From Pseudomonas aeruginosa PAO1 (GTDB lineage Bacteria > Pseudomonadota > Gammaproteobacteria > Pseudomonadales > Pseudomonadaceae), in the NCBI RefSeq assembly GCF_000006765.1, contig NC_002516.2: a stretch of 64,000 bases of DNA; one strand, written 5' to 3'. Both the position numbers and the translations under genes were made by a program. Each line of letters starts with the position of its first letter. The stretch's first letter is position 1. The notes below the pieces were generated by a model that saw only the letters and a list, made by a program, of their open reading frames with translations, had not been told where the DNA came from and made no database searches. This document shows positions 18,779 to 27,524 of this stretch, one piece after another.

Positions 18779-20103
18779 TGGCCGAGATACGACGCCCGCT
18801 GTCCGCGGTGGAACGCTGGTACTGGCTCAGCGACCAGTTCTCCGCGCTGAACGTGATTTCCCGGGTGCGGGTCCATGGCCGGTTGTCCATCGACGACCTG
18901 CGCCGCGGCCTCGACGCGCTGCAGGCGCGGCATCCGCTGCTGCGCGCGCGGATCGAGCACGATGCCGGGCTCGATCCGCGCTGGGTGCCCTGCGAGCGGC
19001 CCATCCCGCTGCGCGAGGTGCGCGGCGGCGGCGAGGAGCAATGGCTGCGGGAAATCAACGAGCGCGAATTGCCGGAACGCATCGATCCGGACAGCGGGCC
19101 ACTGATCCGTACCGTGGCGATCGCCACCGACGCCGGCGCCCACGACCTGCTGGTCGTGGTACCGCACATCATCGCCGACGGCACTACCGTGCTGACCCTC
19201 GCCGAACAATGGCTGACCCTGGCCGCCGACCCCGCCGCGCAACCCTGGACCGCCAGCGCCCTGCCGCCGGCGGAGGATCTGCGTCCGCGCCGCTTCACCG
19301 GCGACGAAGGCGCGGCGCGCCTGGCCGAGCAGACCGCCCAGGACGAAGCGCTGGTCGGCCGCCACCGCCCGGGCCGGATCGAGCCGAGCAACCCGGTGCC
19401 GCTGGAAGCGCGGCGTACCCGCCTGCTGCACCGGGAGCTGGACGGCGCGCAGCTGGAACAGCTGCAACGACGCGCCCGCGAACACGGCACCACGGTACAC
19501 GGCGCGCTGACCGCGGCGCTGGCCATCGCCGCCGGCCACGACCACCAGCGCCGCCCTAGCCACATCGCCATCGGCTCGCCGATCGACTTCCGCGACGAAC
19601 TGGAGCCGCCGGTGCGCCCCGACGAAGTAGGCACCTACGTCGCCACGGTACCGGTGGTGCTGGACATCGCCCGGCCGTTCTGGGAGGTCGCCCGCGCGCT
19701 CACCGACGACCTCGGCGAACGCCGTCGCCAGGGCCATCATTTCAACCTGGTCACCCTGGTCGCCAGCGCTGCGCCGCGCTGCATGGCCGACGCGCGGCCA
19801 TTCATGGCCTTCATGGAAGCCGAAGGGCCGATCAACCTGTGCTCCTCCAACATCGGTCGCTATCCGTTCCCCGAGCGGATCGGCGCCTTGCGCCTCTCCG
19901 ACGCGCAGTTCCTCACCGGCATCTCGGTGAACGGCTACTTCGTGGCCGCCATCAACTCCAGCCATGGCCGGCTGTTCTGGAACTTCACCTATATCGACGA
20001 AGCGGTCCCCGGCGAACGCGCCGAACGCCTGGCCGAAGATTGCCTGGGCACCCTGCTGTCGGCGATCCACGCCCCCCAACGATCCGCCCTCGAGGAGCAA
20101 TGA
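18775..20103 (+). CDS. azeD: Stand-alone condensation-domain-like protein, 442 aa
   Basis: Variant active-site motif PHIIADG; ATGA overlap with azeC. Confidence 0.8.
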   Translation: MMAEIRRPLSAVERWYWLSDQFSALNVISRVRVHGRLSIDDLRRGLDALQARHPLLRARIEHDAGLDPRWVPCERPIPLREVRGGGEEQWLREINERELPERIDPDSGPLIRTVAIATDAGAHDLLVVVPHIIADGTTVLTLAEQWLTLAADPAAQPWTASALPPAEDLRPRRFTGDEGAARLAEQTAQDEALVGRHRPGRIEPSNPVPLEARRTRLLHRELDGAQLEQLQRRAREHGTTVHGALTAALAIAAGHDHQRRPSHIAIGSPIDFRDELEPPVRPDEVGTYVATVPVVLDIARPFWEVARALTDDLGERRRQGHHFNLVTLVASAAPRCMADARPFMAFMEAEGPINLCSSNIGRYPFPERIGALRLSDAQFLTGISVNGYFVAAINSSHGRLFWNFTYIDEAVPGERAERLAEDCLGTLLSAIHAPQRSALEEQ

Positions 20104-20104
20104 C

Positions 20105-21019
20105 ATGTTATTCACCAGCAAACCTCTCTCGCCCCAGGGCCGCCACGTACTGATCACCGGCGCCTCCAGCGGCCTCGGCCGGGAAACCGCGCTGCACCTG
20201 GCCGAACAGGGTTTCCAGGTGATCGCCGGGGTGCGCCGCCAGGAGGATGGCGAGCGCCTGGCGAACGCCTGCCCGTCCGGCCGGATCAGCACGCTGCTGA
20301 TCGATGTCACCGACGAGGAATCCATTGGCCGGGCCGCCGCGCAGGTGGCGGAGAAAGTCGGCGATACCGGGCTCTGGGGCCTGGTGAACAACGCCGGGAT
20401 CTGCATTTCCGCGCCGCTGGAATGCGTCTCCAGCGACCTGCTGCGGCGCCAGCTGGAAGTCAACCTGATCGGCCAGCTCGCGGTGACCCGGGCGATCCTG
20501 CCGCTGCTGCGCCGTGGCGGCGCGGCGCGCCTGGTGAACGTCACCTCGGGCCTCGGCTCGGTCGCCATTCCCTACCTGGGCGCCTACTCCGCCGCGCAGT
20601 TCGCCAAGGAGGGAGTGAGCGACGCCCTGCGCCGCGAGCTGGCACCCATGGGCATCCAGGTCTCGGTGGTCAGCCCCGGGGCGATCTGGACGCCGATCTG
20701 GGGCAAGATCGCCAGCGAGGGCGAGCGCGCCCTGGCCGACGCCCCCGACGCCGTCGCCGACCTCTATCGCGATACCTACCTGCGCTTCCTCCAGGCCAAC
20801 GAGGACGGCGCGCGCAACAGCGCGACCAAGCCCGCCGATGTCGCCGCCGCGGTGCATGCCGCGCTCACCGCGGCCAAGCCGCGGACCCGCTACCGGGTCG
20901 GCGCCGACGTGCGCCGCGGTACCCTGCTGGCGCGGCTGCTGCCCGATAGCGTGATCGACGGGATGTTCCGCCCCATCGTCACCGCCGCCCCGGCGGCGAA
21001 GGAGGAGCAACGTGCCTGA
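20105..21019 (+). CDS. azeE: Short-chain dehydrogenase/reductase
   Basis: TGASSGLG, NNAG and YSAAQF (variant YxxxK) motifs. Confidence 0.8.
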   Translation: MLFTSKPLSPQGRHVLITGASSGLGRETALHLAEQGFQVIAGVRRQEDGERLANACPSGRISTLLIDVTDEESIGRAAAQVAEKVGDTGLWGLVNNAGICISAPLECVSSDLLRRQLEVNLIGQLAVTRAILPLLRRGGAARLVNVTSGLGSVAIPYLGAYSAAQFAKEGVSDALRRELAPMGIQVSVVSPGAIWTPIWGKIASEGERALADAPDAVADLYRDTYLRFLQANEDGARNSATKPADVAAAVHAALTAAKPRTRYRVGADVRRGTLLARLLPDSVIDGMFRPIVTAAPAAKEEQRA

Positions 21020-22268
21020 TCGCAAACTGAGACTGGGCGAGGAACTGATCTCGCCACTGCACGCGCTCTACGACGGCCTGCAGGTGGACGGCGCGCCGCG
21101 TCCCGCGCATCGCGCCGCCGAGCATCCGGTGTGGGTGGTGACGCGCTACCGCGACGCGCGCAAGGTCCTCAACCATCCGGGCGTCCGCCGCGACGCCCGG
21201 CAGGCCGCCGAACTCTACGCGAAGCGTACCGGCAGCCCGCGCGCGGGGATCGGCGAGGGACTCAGCCACCACATGCTCAACCTCGACCCGCCGGACCATA
21301 CCCGCCTGCGCTCGCTGGTTGGCCGCGCGTTCACCCCGCGCCAGGTGGAGCGCCTGCAACCGCATATAGAACGGATCACCGAGGCATTGCTGGACGCCAT
21401 GGCCGGCCGCGAACAGGCCGACCTGATGGCCGACTTCGCGATCCCGCTGACCATCGCGGTGATCTTCGAGCTGCTGGGCATTCCCGAGGCCGAGCGCGAA
21501 CACGCCCGCCAGTCCTGGGAGCGCCAGGCGGAACTGCTGTCGCCGGAGGAGGCCCAGGCCCTGGCCGATGCGCAGGTCGACTACCTGCGCGTGCTGCTCG
21601 AGGCCAAGCGCCGGCAGCCGGCCGACGACGTCTACAGCGGGCTGGTGCAGGCCGCCGACGAGAGCGGCCAGTTGAGCGAAGCGGAACTCGTCTCCATGGC
21701 CCACCTGCTGATGATGAGCGGCTTCGAGACCACCATGAACATGATCGGCAACGCGCTGGTCACCCTGCTGGTCAACCCGGAGCAACTGGCGTTGCTGCGG
21801 GCGCAGCCGGAACTCCTGCCCAACGCCATGGAAGAACTGGTCCGCCACGACAGTCCGGTGCGCGCCTCGATGTTGCGCTTCACCGTGGAAGACGTGGAAC
21901 TGGACGGGGTCACCATTCCCGCCGGCGAATACATCCTGGTCTCCAACCTGACCGCCAACCACGATGCCGAGCGCTTCGACGATCCCGACCGCCTCGACCT
22001 CACCCGCAACACCGATGGCCATCTCGGCTACGGCTTCGGCGTGCACTACTGCGTCGGCGCCTCGCTGGCCCGGCTGGAGGGGCGGATCGCCATCCAGCGC
22101 CTGCTCGCGCGCTTCCCCGACCTCCAGTTGGCGGTGCCCCACGCGGAGCTGCAGTGGCTGCCGATCACCTTCCTCCGCGCCCTGATCAGCGTGCCGGTGC
22201 GCACCGGATGCAGCGCCCCGGCGAACACCGCCTCCCACGCCAACCCGATCGAGAGGATCGCCCAATGA
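21012..22268 (+). CDS. azeF: Cytochrome P450
   Basis: GFETT I-helix, EELVR, and heme motif FGVHYCVG. Confidence 0.88.
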   Translation: MPDRKLRLGEELISPLHALYDGLQVDGAPRPAHRAAEHPVWVVTRYRDARKVLNHPGVRRDARQAAELYAKRTGSPRAGIGEGLSHHMLNLDPPDHTRLRSLVGRAFTPRQVERLQPHIERITEALLDAMAGREQADLMADFAIPLTIAVIFELLGIPEAEREHARQSWERQAELLSPEEAQALADAQVDYLRVLLEAKRRQPADDVYSGLVQAADESGQLSEAELVSMAHLLMMSGFETTMNMIGNALVTLLVNPEQLALLRAQPELLPNAMEELVRHDSPVRASMLRFTVEDVELDGVTIPAGEYILVSNLTANHDAERFDDPDRLDLTRNTDGHLGYGFGVHYCVGASLARLEGRIAIQRLLARFPDLQLAVPHAELQWLPITFLRALISVPVRTGCSAPANTASHANPIERIAQ

Positions 22269-22690
22269 ATGCCAAGGAAATTCTTGTCCACAGCCTGCGC
22301 CTCCTGGAAAACGGCGATGCCCGTGGCTGGTGCGACCTGTTCCATCCGGAAGGCGTACTCGAATTCCCCTACGCCCCGCCGGGCTGGAAGACCCGCTTCG
22401 AGGGCCGCGAAACCATCTGGGCGCACATGCGCCTGTTTCCCGAGCACCTGACCGTGCGCTTCACCGACGTGCAGTTCTACGAGACCGCCGACCCCGACCT
22501 GGCCATCGGCGAATTCCATGGCGACGGCGTGGCCACCGTTTCCGGCGGCAAGCTGGCGCAGGACTACATCTCGGTGCTGCGCACCCGCGACGGACAGATC
22601 CTGCTCTACCGCGACTTCTGGAATCCGCTGCGGCACCTCGAGGCCCTGGGCGGGGTCGAGGCCGCCGCCAAGATCGTCCAGGGAGCCTGA
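22265..22690 (+). CDS. azeG: SnoaL/NTF2-like (PhzA/B-like) protein, 141 aa
   Basis: LEFPYAP...GRE and YRDFWNP motifs; ATGA overlap with the P450 gene. Confidence 0.78.
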   Translation: MNAKEILVHSLRLLENGDARGWCDLFHPEGVLEFPYAPPGWKTRFEGRETIWAHMRLFPEHLTVRFTDVQFYETADPDLAIGEFHGDGVATVSGGKLAQDYISVLRTRDGQILLYRDFWNPLRHLEALGGVEAAAKIVQGA

Positions 22691-22693
22691 GCC

Positions 22694-23686
22694 ATGCCGC
22701 GCGCCGCCGTGGTCTGCGGCCTGGGCAGCTACCTGCCCGAGGCCGTGCTCAGCAACGACATGCTCGCCGCCGAGCTGGACACTTCCGACGCCTGGATCAG
22801 CAGCCGCACCGGCGTGCGCCAGCGGCATATCGCCGGCGACCTCGGCAGCGGCGACCTGGCCCTGCGGGCGGCCTCCGCCGCGCTCGCCTCGGCGGGGCTG
22901 GAGCGAGTCGATGCGGTGGTGCTGGCAACCAGCACCGGCGACTTCTGCTGCCCGGCCACCGCGCCCAGGGTCGCGGCGCGCCTGGGGTTGGTCGGCGCGC
23001 TCGCGTTCGACCTGTCCGCCGCCTGCACCGGCTTCGTCTACGGCCTGGCCAGCGTCGGCTCGCTGATCAGCGCCGGGCTGGCGGACAGCGCGCTGCTGGT
23101 CGGGGTGGACACTTTCAGCCATACCCTCGACCCCGCCGATCGCTCGACCCGCGCACTGTTCGGCGACGGCGCCGGAGCGGTGGTGCTGCGTGCCGGCGAT
23201 GCCGAGGAAGAAGGCGCGCTGCTGGCCTTCGACCTCGGCAGCGACGGCCACCAGTTCGACCTGCTGATGACCCCCGCCGTCAGTCGCGCCGAACGCAGTT
23301 CCGGACAGGCCTCCAACTACTTCCGGATGGACGGCAAGGCAGTGTTCGGCCAGGCGGTGACGCAGATGAGCGACTCGGTGCGGCGGGTGCTCGACCGGGT
23401 CGGCTGGCAAGCTTCGGACCTCCATCACCTGGTCCCGCACCAGGCCAACACACGCATTCTCGCGGCGGTCGCCGACCAGCTCGACCTTCCCGTCGAGCGA
23501 GTGGTGAGCAACATCGCCGAGGTGGGCAATACCGTCGCCGCCTCGATTCCCCTGGCCCTGGCCCACGGCCTGCGCCAAGGCATCCTGCGCGACGGCGGCA
23601 ACATGGTCCTCACCGGTTTCGGTGCCGGACTGACCTGGGGTTCGGTCGCCCTGCGCTGGCCGAAGATCGTTCCGACAATGGACTGA
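22694..23686 (+). CDS. fabH2: 3-oxoacyl-ACP synthase III
   Basis: Cys-His-Asn triad in ACTGF, PHQAN and GNT. Confidence 0.9.
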   Translation: MPRAAVVCGLGSYLPEAVLSNDMLAAELDTSDAWISSRTGVRQRHIAGDLGSGDLALRAASAALASAGLERVDAVVLATSTGDFCCPATAPRVAARLGLVGALAFDLSAACTGFVYGLASVGSLISAGLADSALLVGVDTFSHTLDPADRSTRALFGDGAGAVVLRAGDAEEEGALLAFDLGSDGHQFDLLMTPAVSRAERSSGQASNYFRMDGKAVFGQAVTQMSDSVRRVLDRVGWQASDLHHLVPHQANTRILAAVADQLDLPVERVVSNIAEVGNTVAASIPLALAHGLRQGILRDGGNMVLTGFGAGLTWGSVALRWPKIVPTMD

Positions 23687-23699
23687 AGAGGGAAGAACA

Positions 23700-23939
23700 A
23701 TGCCCAACGACATGGAAGACCATCTCCTCACCGTGCTCAGCGTCGCCAGCGGCGTGCCGAAGGAGGAAATCAGCCGGGACAGCAGGATGGAAGACCTGGC
23801 TTTCGATTCGCTGGTGGTCAGCGAGCTGTCGCTGAAGCTGCGCAAGGAGTTCGGCGTCACCGGGGTCGACGACGAACTCGACCTGCTGGAAACGGTGGAC
23901 GAACTGTTCCAGCTGGTCGAGAAGCACCGCGCCGCCTGA
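23700..23939 (+). CDS. acp3: Acyl carrier protein (Acp3/AzeI)
   Basis: Acidic 79 aa protein with FDSL phosphopantetheine site. Confidence 0.85.
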   Translation: MPNDMEDHLLTVLSVASGVPKEEISRDSRMEDLAFDSLVVSELSLKLRKEFGVTGVDDELDLLETVDELFQLVEKHRAA

Positions 23940-24056
23940 GGCCAGCGAACGCCGGCGTTCCGTCGCTTCTCTGCCAGGCGAAGGCGGTGCCGGGACATGG
24001 GAACGCGCATCGCCTTCGATCAACCAACACCAGAGCGAGATTCGCTGGAGGAAGAG

Positions 24057-24809
24057 GTGAGTCAGAACATGGATCTCACGATCGGGACGCATCGGGAGTC
24101 GGCTTTCTACGAGCTGGAGTTCGGACCGAGGACGATAATGACCCTGGCCAACTTTCCGGACGACGTGCTGCCGTTGTTGCAAATGGAAAGCCTGATGACC
24201 TTCGAGGCGATGGCCTACCTGCGCTGCGACGCACTGGTCGAGCTAGGCTGCTACGACGGCCGGGCGCTGGAGATCGCGCGCCTGCTCAATGCCCGCTATC
24301 TCGGCGTCGACCTCGACCAGCGGGCGATCGAGACGCTGCGCACGCGGATCGAGCGCGAGGGCATGAGCGATCGCGCGGACACGGTGGTCGACGACATCCT
24401 CAACCACACCAGGCGCGGTGCCTCGGTCGGCTCGCGCGCGCTGTACCTGCTGCCGTTCAACCTGCTGGGCAACTTCCGCGAGCCGAAACGGCTGCTCGAC
24501 TCCCTCGCCGAGCGCAGCGTGGCGGCGGTGGTCTCGGTGTTCGGCGACAGCGCCGAGGCCACCCGCGTCCGCCAGAGCTACTACCGCCGTTGCGGGGTGC
24601 AGGGCCTGGAGTTGCACACGCGGGACGACGGCACCGTGTTCACCGGCAGCGACGGCTTCTACTCGCGCTCGTATTCACGCGCCTGCCTCCACGCCCTGCT
24701 CGCCGAGTGCGGGCTGACCGTGGTGCGCAGCGCTTCGAACCTGTTCGCCCACTGCGTGACGGTGCTGCCCGAAGGCGCCGACCAGGGCTTCGGTTCGTCG
24801 GCGGCATGA
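24057..24809 (+). CDS. azeJ: SAM-dependent methyltransferase-fold enzyme; azetidine-2-carboxylate synthase
   Basis: ELGCYDG and GVD SAM-binding motifs; GGAGG RBS before GTG 24057; position in the cluster matches known AzeJ. Confidence 0.8.
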   Translation: MSQNMDLTIGTHRESAFYELEFGPRTIMTLANFPDDVLPLLQMESLMTFEAMAYLRCDALVELGCYDGRALEIARLLNARYLGVDLDQRAIETLRTRIEREGMSDRADTVVDDILNHTRRGASVGSRALYLLPFNLLGNFREPKRLLDSLAERSVAAVVSVFGDSAEATRVRQSYYRRCGVQGLELHTRDDGTVFTGSDGFYSRSYSRACLHALLAECGLTVVRSASNLFAHCVTVLPEGADQGFGSSAA

Positions 24810-24900
24810 GTCGCCGTCGTGCATTCATCGCGCGGCCACGGCACGGGCAGGTCGCCGTGGCTCGCTTCATCGTCGTCTGAACCGCTCGGGAGCTGGAAAC

Positions 24901-26067
24901 ATGCCTTTGATTGTCTATGTGCTCGGTGCCGCGATCTTCGCCCTGACCACCAGCGAATACATGGTCGCCGGGCTGATGCCGGCGCTGGCCGCCGAATTCG
25001 GCGTGTCCTTCGCCGCGATCGGCTACCTGGTCACCTTCTACGCCGGTGCGATGGCCGTCGGCGGCCCGCTGTTGACCACCGCCCTGCTCCGGGTGCCGCG
25101 CAAGAACGCCCTGCTCGGCCTGATCGCGCTGTTCGTGGTCGGCCAGGTCATCGGCGCCCTGGCGCCGGGCTATGCGGTGATGGTCGCGGCGCGACTGGTC
25201 ACCGCGGTCGCCGCCGCGGCCTTCTTCGGCGTGGCGCTGACCGCCTGCGCCGAACTGGTCGAAGGCAACCAGTTCGGCCGCGCGTCGTCGCTGGTGCTCG
25301 GTGGCCTGATGGTCGGCACCGTGCTCGGCCTGCCCGTCGCCACCTGGCTGGGCGAATGGTACGGCTGGCGCGCGAGCTTCTTCGCGGTGGCGCTGGTGGC
25401 GGTGCTGGTCGGCCTGCTGGTGTTGCAGCTGATGCCGGCGATCCCGGGGTCGGCGGGCAGCGGCTCGCTGCGCGAGGAACTGAAGGTGTTCAGGAACGCC
25501 CATCTATGGTGGGTCTACGCCACCAGCCTGCTGCTGATCGGCGCCACCTTCGCCGGCTTCACCTATTTCGTGCCGATCCTCACCGAGGTCAGCGGCTTCT
25601 CCGCCTCGACCGTACCGCTGCTGCTGGTGGTCTACGGCCTGGCGACGCTGGTGGGCAACAACATCGTCGGCCGCCTGGCCGACCGCCATACCATCGCGGT
25701 CCTGGCCTTCGGCCTGCTGGCGGCCATCGCCGCGATGGTGGCCTTCGCCCTGTTCGGACAGGTTCCGGCGGTGGCGGTGGCGGCGCTGGTGGTGATCGGC
25801 CTGACCGGGGTGTCGATGAACCCGGCGCTGGTGACCCGCGGCGCACGGGTCGGCCATAACAACATGCTGGTCAACTCGGTGCACACTGCCTGCATCATGC
25901 TCGGCGTAATGGCCGGTTCCTGGATCGGCGGCCTGGGCATCGCCGGCGGATTCGGCCTGCAGGGCGCGCTCTGGGTCGGCGCGGCCCTCGGAGTACTGGC
26001 GCTGCTGACCCTGCTGCCGGAGCTGCGCTTCGCCCGCGCCCCGGTAGGCGGGGCGCTGGGCCGCTGA
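24901..26067 (+). CDS. azeK: MFS exporter (DHA1/AraJ-like)
   Basis: About 12 transmembrane segments; GRLADR motif; last gene of the cluster. Confidence 0.85.
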   Translation: MPLIVYVLGAAIFALTTSEYMVAGLMPALAAEFGVSFAAIGYLVTFYAGAMAVGGPLLTTALLRVPRKNALLGLIALFVVGQVIGALAPGYAVMVAARLVTAVAAAAFFGVALTACAELVEGNQFGRASSLVLGGLMVGTVLGLPVATWLGEWYGWRASFFAVALVAVLVGLLVLQLMPAIPGSAGSGSLREELKVFRNAHLWWVYATSLLLIGATFAGFTYFVPILTEVSGFSASTVPLLLVVYGLATLVGNNIVGRLADRHTIAVLAFGLLAAIAAMVAFALFGQVPAVAVAALVVIGLTGVSMNPALVTRGARVGHNNMLVNSVHTACIMLGVMAGSWIGGLGIAGGFGLQGALWVGAALGVLALLTLLPELRFARAPVGGALGR

Positions 26068-26077
26068 GCAGGATCCC

Positions 26078-27070
26078 TCAGGCGCTGCGCGCCAGCCAGC
26101 GGCAGTAGCCGGCGACGCCCTCTTCCAGGCTCTGGAAATCGTCGCGGTAGCCCGCCTCGCGCAGCAGCTCCAGGTCGGCGCAGGTATGGCTCTGGTAGCG
26201 CGCCCGCAGCGACTCGGGGAACTCGCGGTAGCCGAGCAGGCCGCTTTCCACGGCCTGTTGCAGCGACAGGGGCGGCTGGTCGGCGTTGGCGCGGACGCTA
26301 TTGATCACCGCCAGGGCGACCTCGTTGAAGGTCCGTGCCTGGCCGCTGCCGAGGTTGAAGATTCCCGAACGCTGCGGATGGTCGAAGAAATGCAGGTTTA
26401 CCCGCGCCACGTCCTCCACCGCGACGAAGTCGCGCAGGTGGCCGCCGGGCGGGAAGCCGCCGTGTTCGCCGAACAGTTCGACCCGCCCGTCGCGGCGCAA
26501 TTGCTGGTAGCAGTGGTAGGCCACCGAGGCCATCCGCCCCTTGTGTTCCTCGCGCGGCCCGTAGACGTTGAAGTAACGCAGGCCGACCACCTGGCTGCGC
26601 GCCTGCGGCAGCGCCCGCCGCACACGCTGGTCGAAGAGGAACTTGGAATAGCCGTAGACGTTCAGCGGCCGCTCGTACTGGCGCGCCTCGCGGAAGGTCC
26701 GGCCGGAGCCGTAGACCGCCGCCGACGAGGCGTAGAGGAACGGCACGCCGAGTTCCAGGCTGCTTTCCAGCAGGCGGCAACTGTAGCGGTAGTTGTTCTC
26801 CATCATGTAGCGGCCATTGCTTTCCAGGGTGCTGGCGCAGGCGCCCTGGTGGAACAGCGCGCGGACCGTGCCGAAGTCGCCGCGGGCGTAACGCTCGAGG
26901 AAGTCGTTCTGGTCCAGGTAGTCGGCGATATCGGCGTCCGCCAGGTTGCGGAACTGCTCGCCGTCGGTGAGATCGTCCACCGCGATGATGTCGGTCTCGC
27001 CGCGCCGGTTCAGCGCCTGCAGCAGATTGCTGCCGATGAAGCCGGCGGCGCCGGTGACGATGATGCTCAT
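26078..27070 (-). CDS. rfaD: ADP-L-glycero-D-manno-heptose 6-epimerase
   Basis: [23 protein letters not shown] and RYFNVYG motifs; 330 aa from ATG 27070. Confidence 0.93.
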   Translation of the reverse strand: MSIIVTGAAGFIGSNLLQALNRRGETDIIAVDDLTDGEQFRNLADADIADYLDQNDFLERYARGDFGTVRALFHQGACASTLESNGRYMMENNYRYSCRLLESSLELGVPFLYASSAAVYGSGRTFREARQYERPLNVYGYSKFLFDQRVRRALPQARSQVVGLRYFNVYGPREEHKGRMASVAYHCYQQLRRDGRVELFGEHGGFPPGGHLRDFVAVEDVARVNLHFFDHPQRSGIFNLGSGQARTFNEVALAVINSVRANADQPPLSLQQAVESGLLGYREFPESLRARYQSHTCADLELLREAGYRDDFQSLEEGVAGYCRWLARSA

Positions 27071-27129
27071 GGGCACTCCCTTCGACAGGATGAATGCCCC
27101 CAGGCTATGCCTATGCGCCGTGCCGCCCG

Positions 27130-27143
27130 TTGACCTGCAACAA
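27130..27143. promoter_or_regulatory. Anr/Dnr (FNR-type) box TTGAC-CTGC-AACAA
   Basis: Close match to TTGAY-N4-RTCAA, 60 bp upstream of the rfaD start. Confidence 0.55.
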
Positions 27144-27165
27144 GCCATGGGCGGACGGCAGCGGT

Positions 27166-27456
27166 TCAGCGGGAAGGACGATCGTTGTGACCGAGGTCGC
27201 GTTGCGGGTCGATGCGGTCGCGAACCCGCTGCTTGAGCGCCTTGGCCTCGGGGAAGCCGCCGTCGGCCTTGCGCTCCCAGACCTGCACGCCGTCGCAGGT
27301 GATGCGGAATACGCCGCCGGTTCCGGGCTCCAGGCAGACTTTTCCGAGATCGTCGGCGAAGGTGCTGAGCAGTTCCTGGGCCAGCCAGGCGGCACGCAGC
27401 AGCCACTGGCACTGGGTGCAATAGGTGATGACGATTTCGGGCTTGGCGGTGGGCAT
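27166..27456 (-). CDS. SelT/SelW/SelH (Rdx) family protein
   Basis: YCTQCQW CxxC motif; GGVFRI and GFPE motifs. Confidence 0.88.
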   Translation of the reverse strand: MPTAKPEIVITYCTQCQWLLRAAWLAQELLSTFADDLGKVCLEPGTGGVFRITCDGVQVWERKADGGFPEAKALKQRVRDRIDPQRDLGHNDRPSR

Positions 27457-27524
27457 GTCGGCGGCTCAGGGGAAACGGTCGCGCCTATAATAGCCGCCTT
27501 TTCACCCGGCTCCGGATCGTTCTC

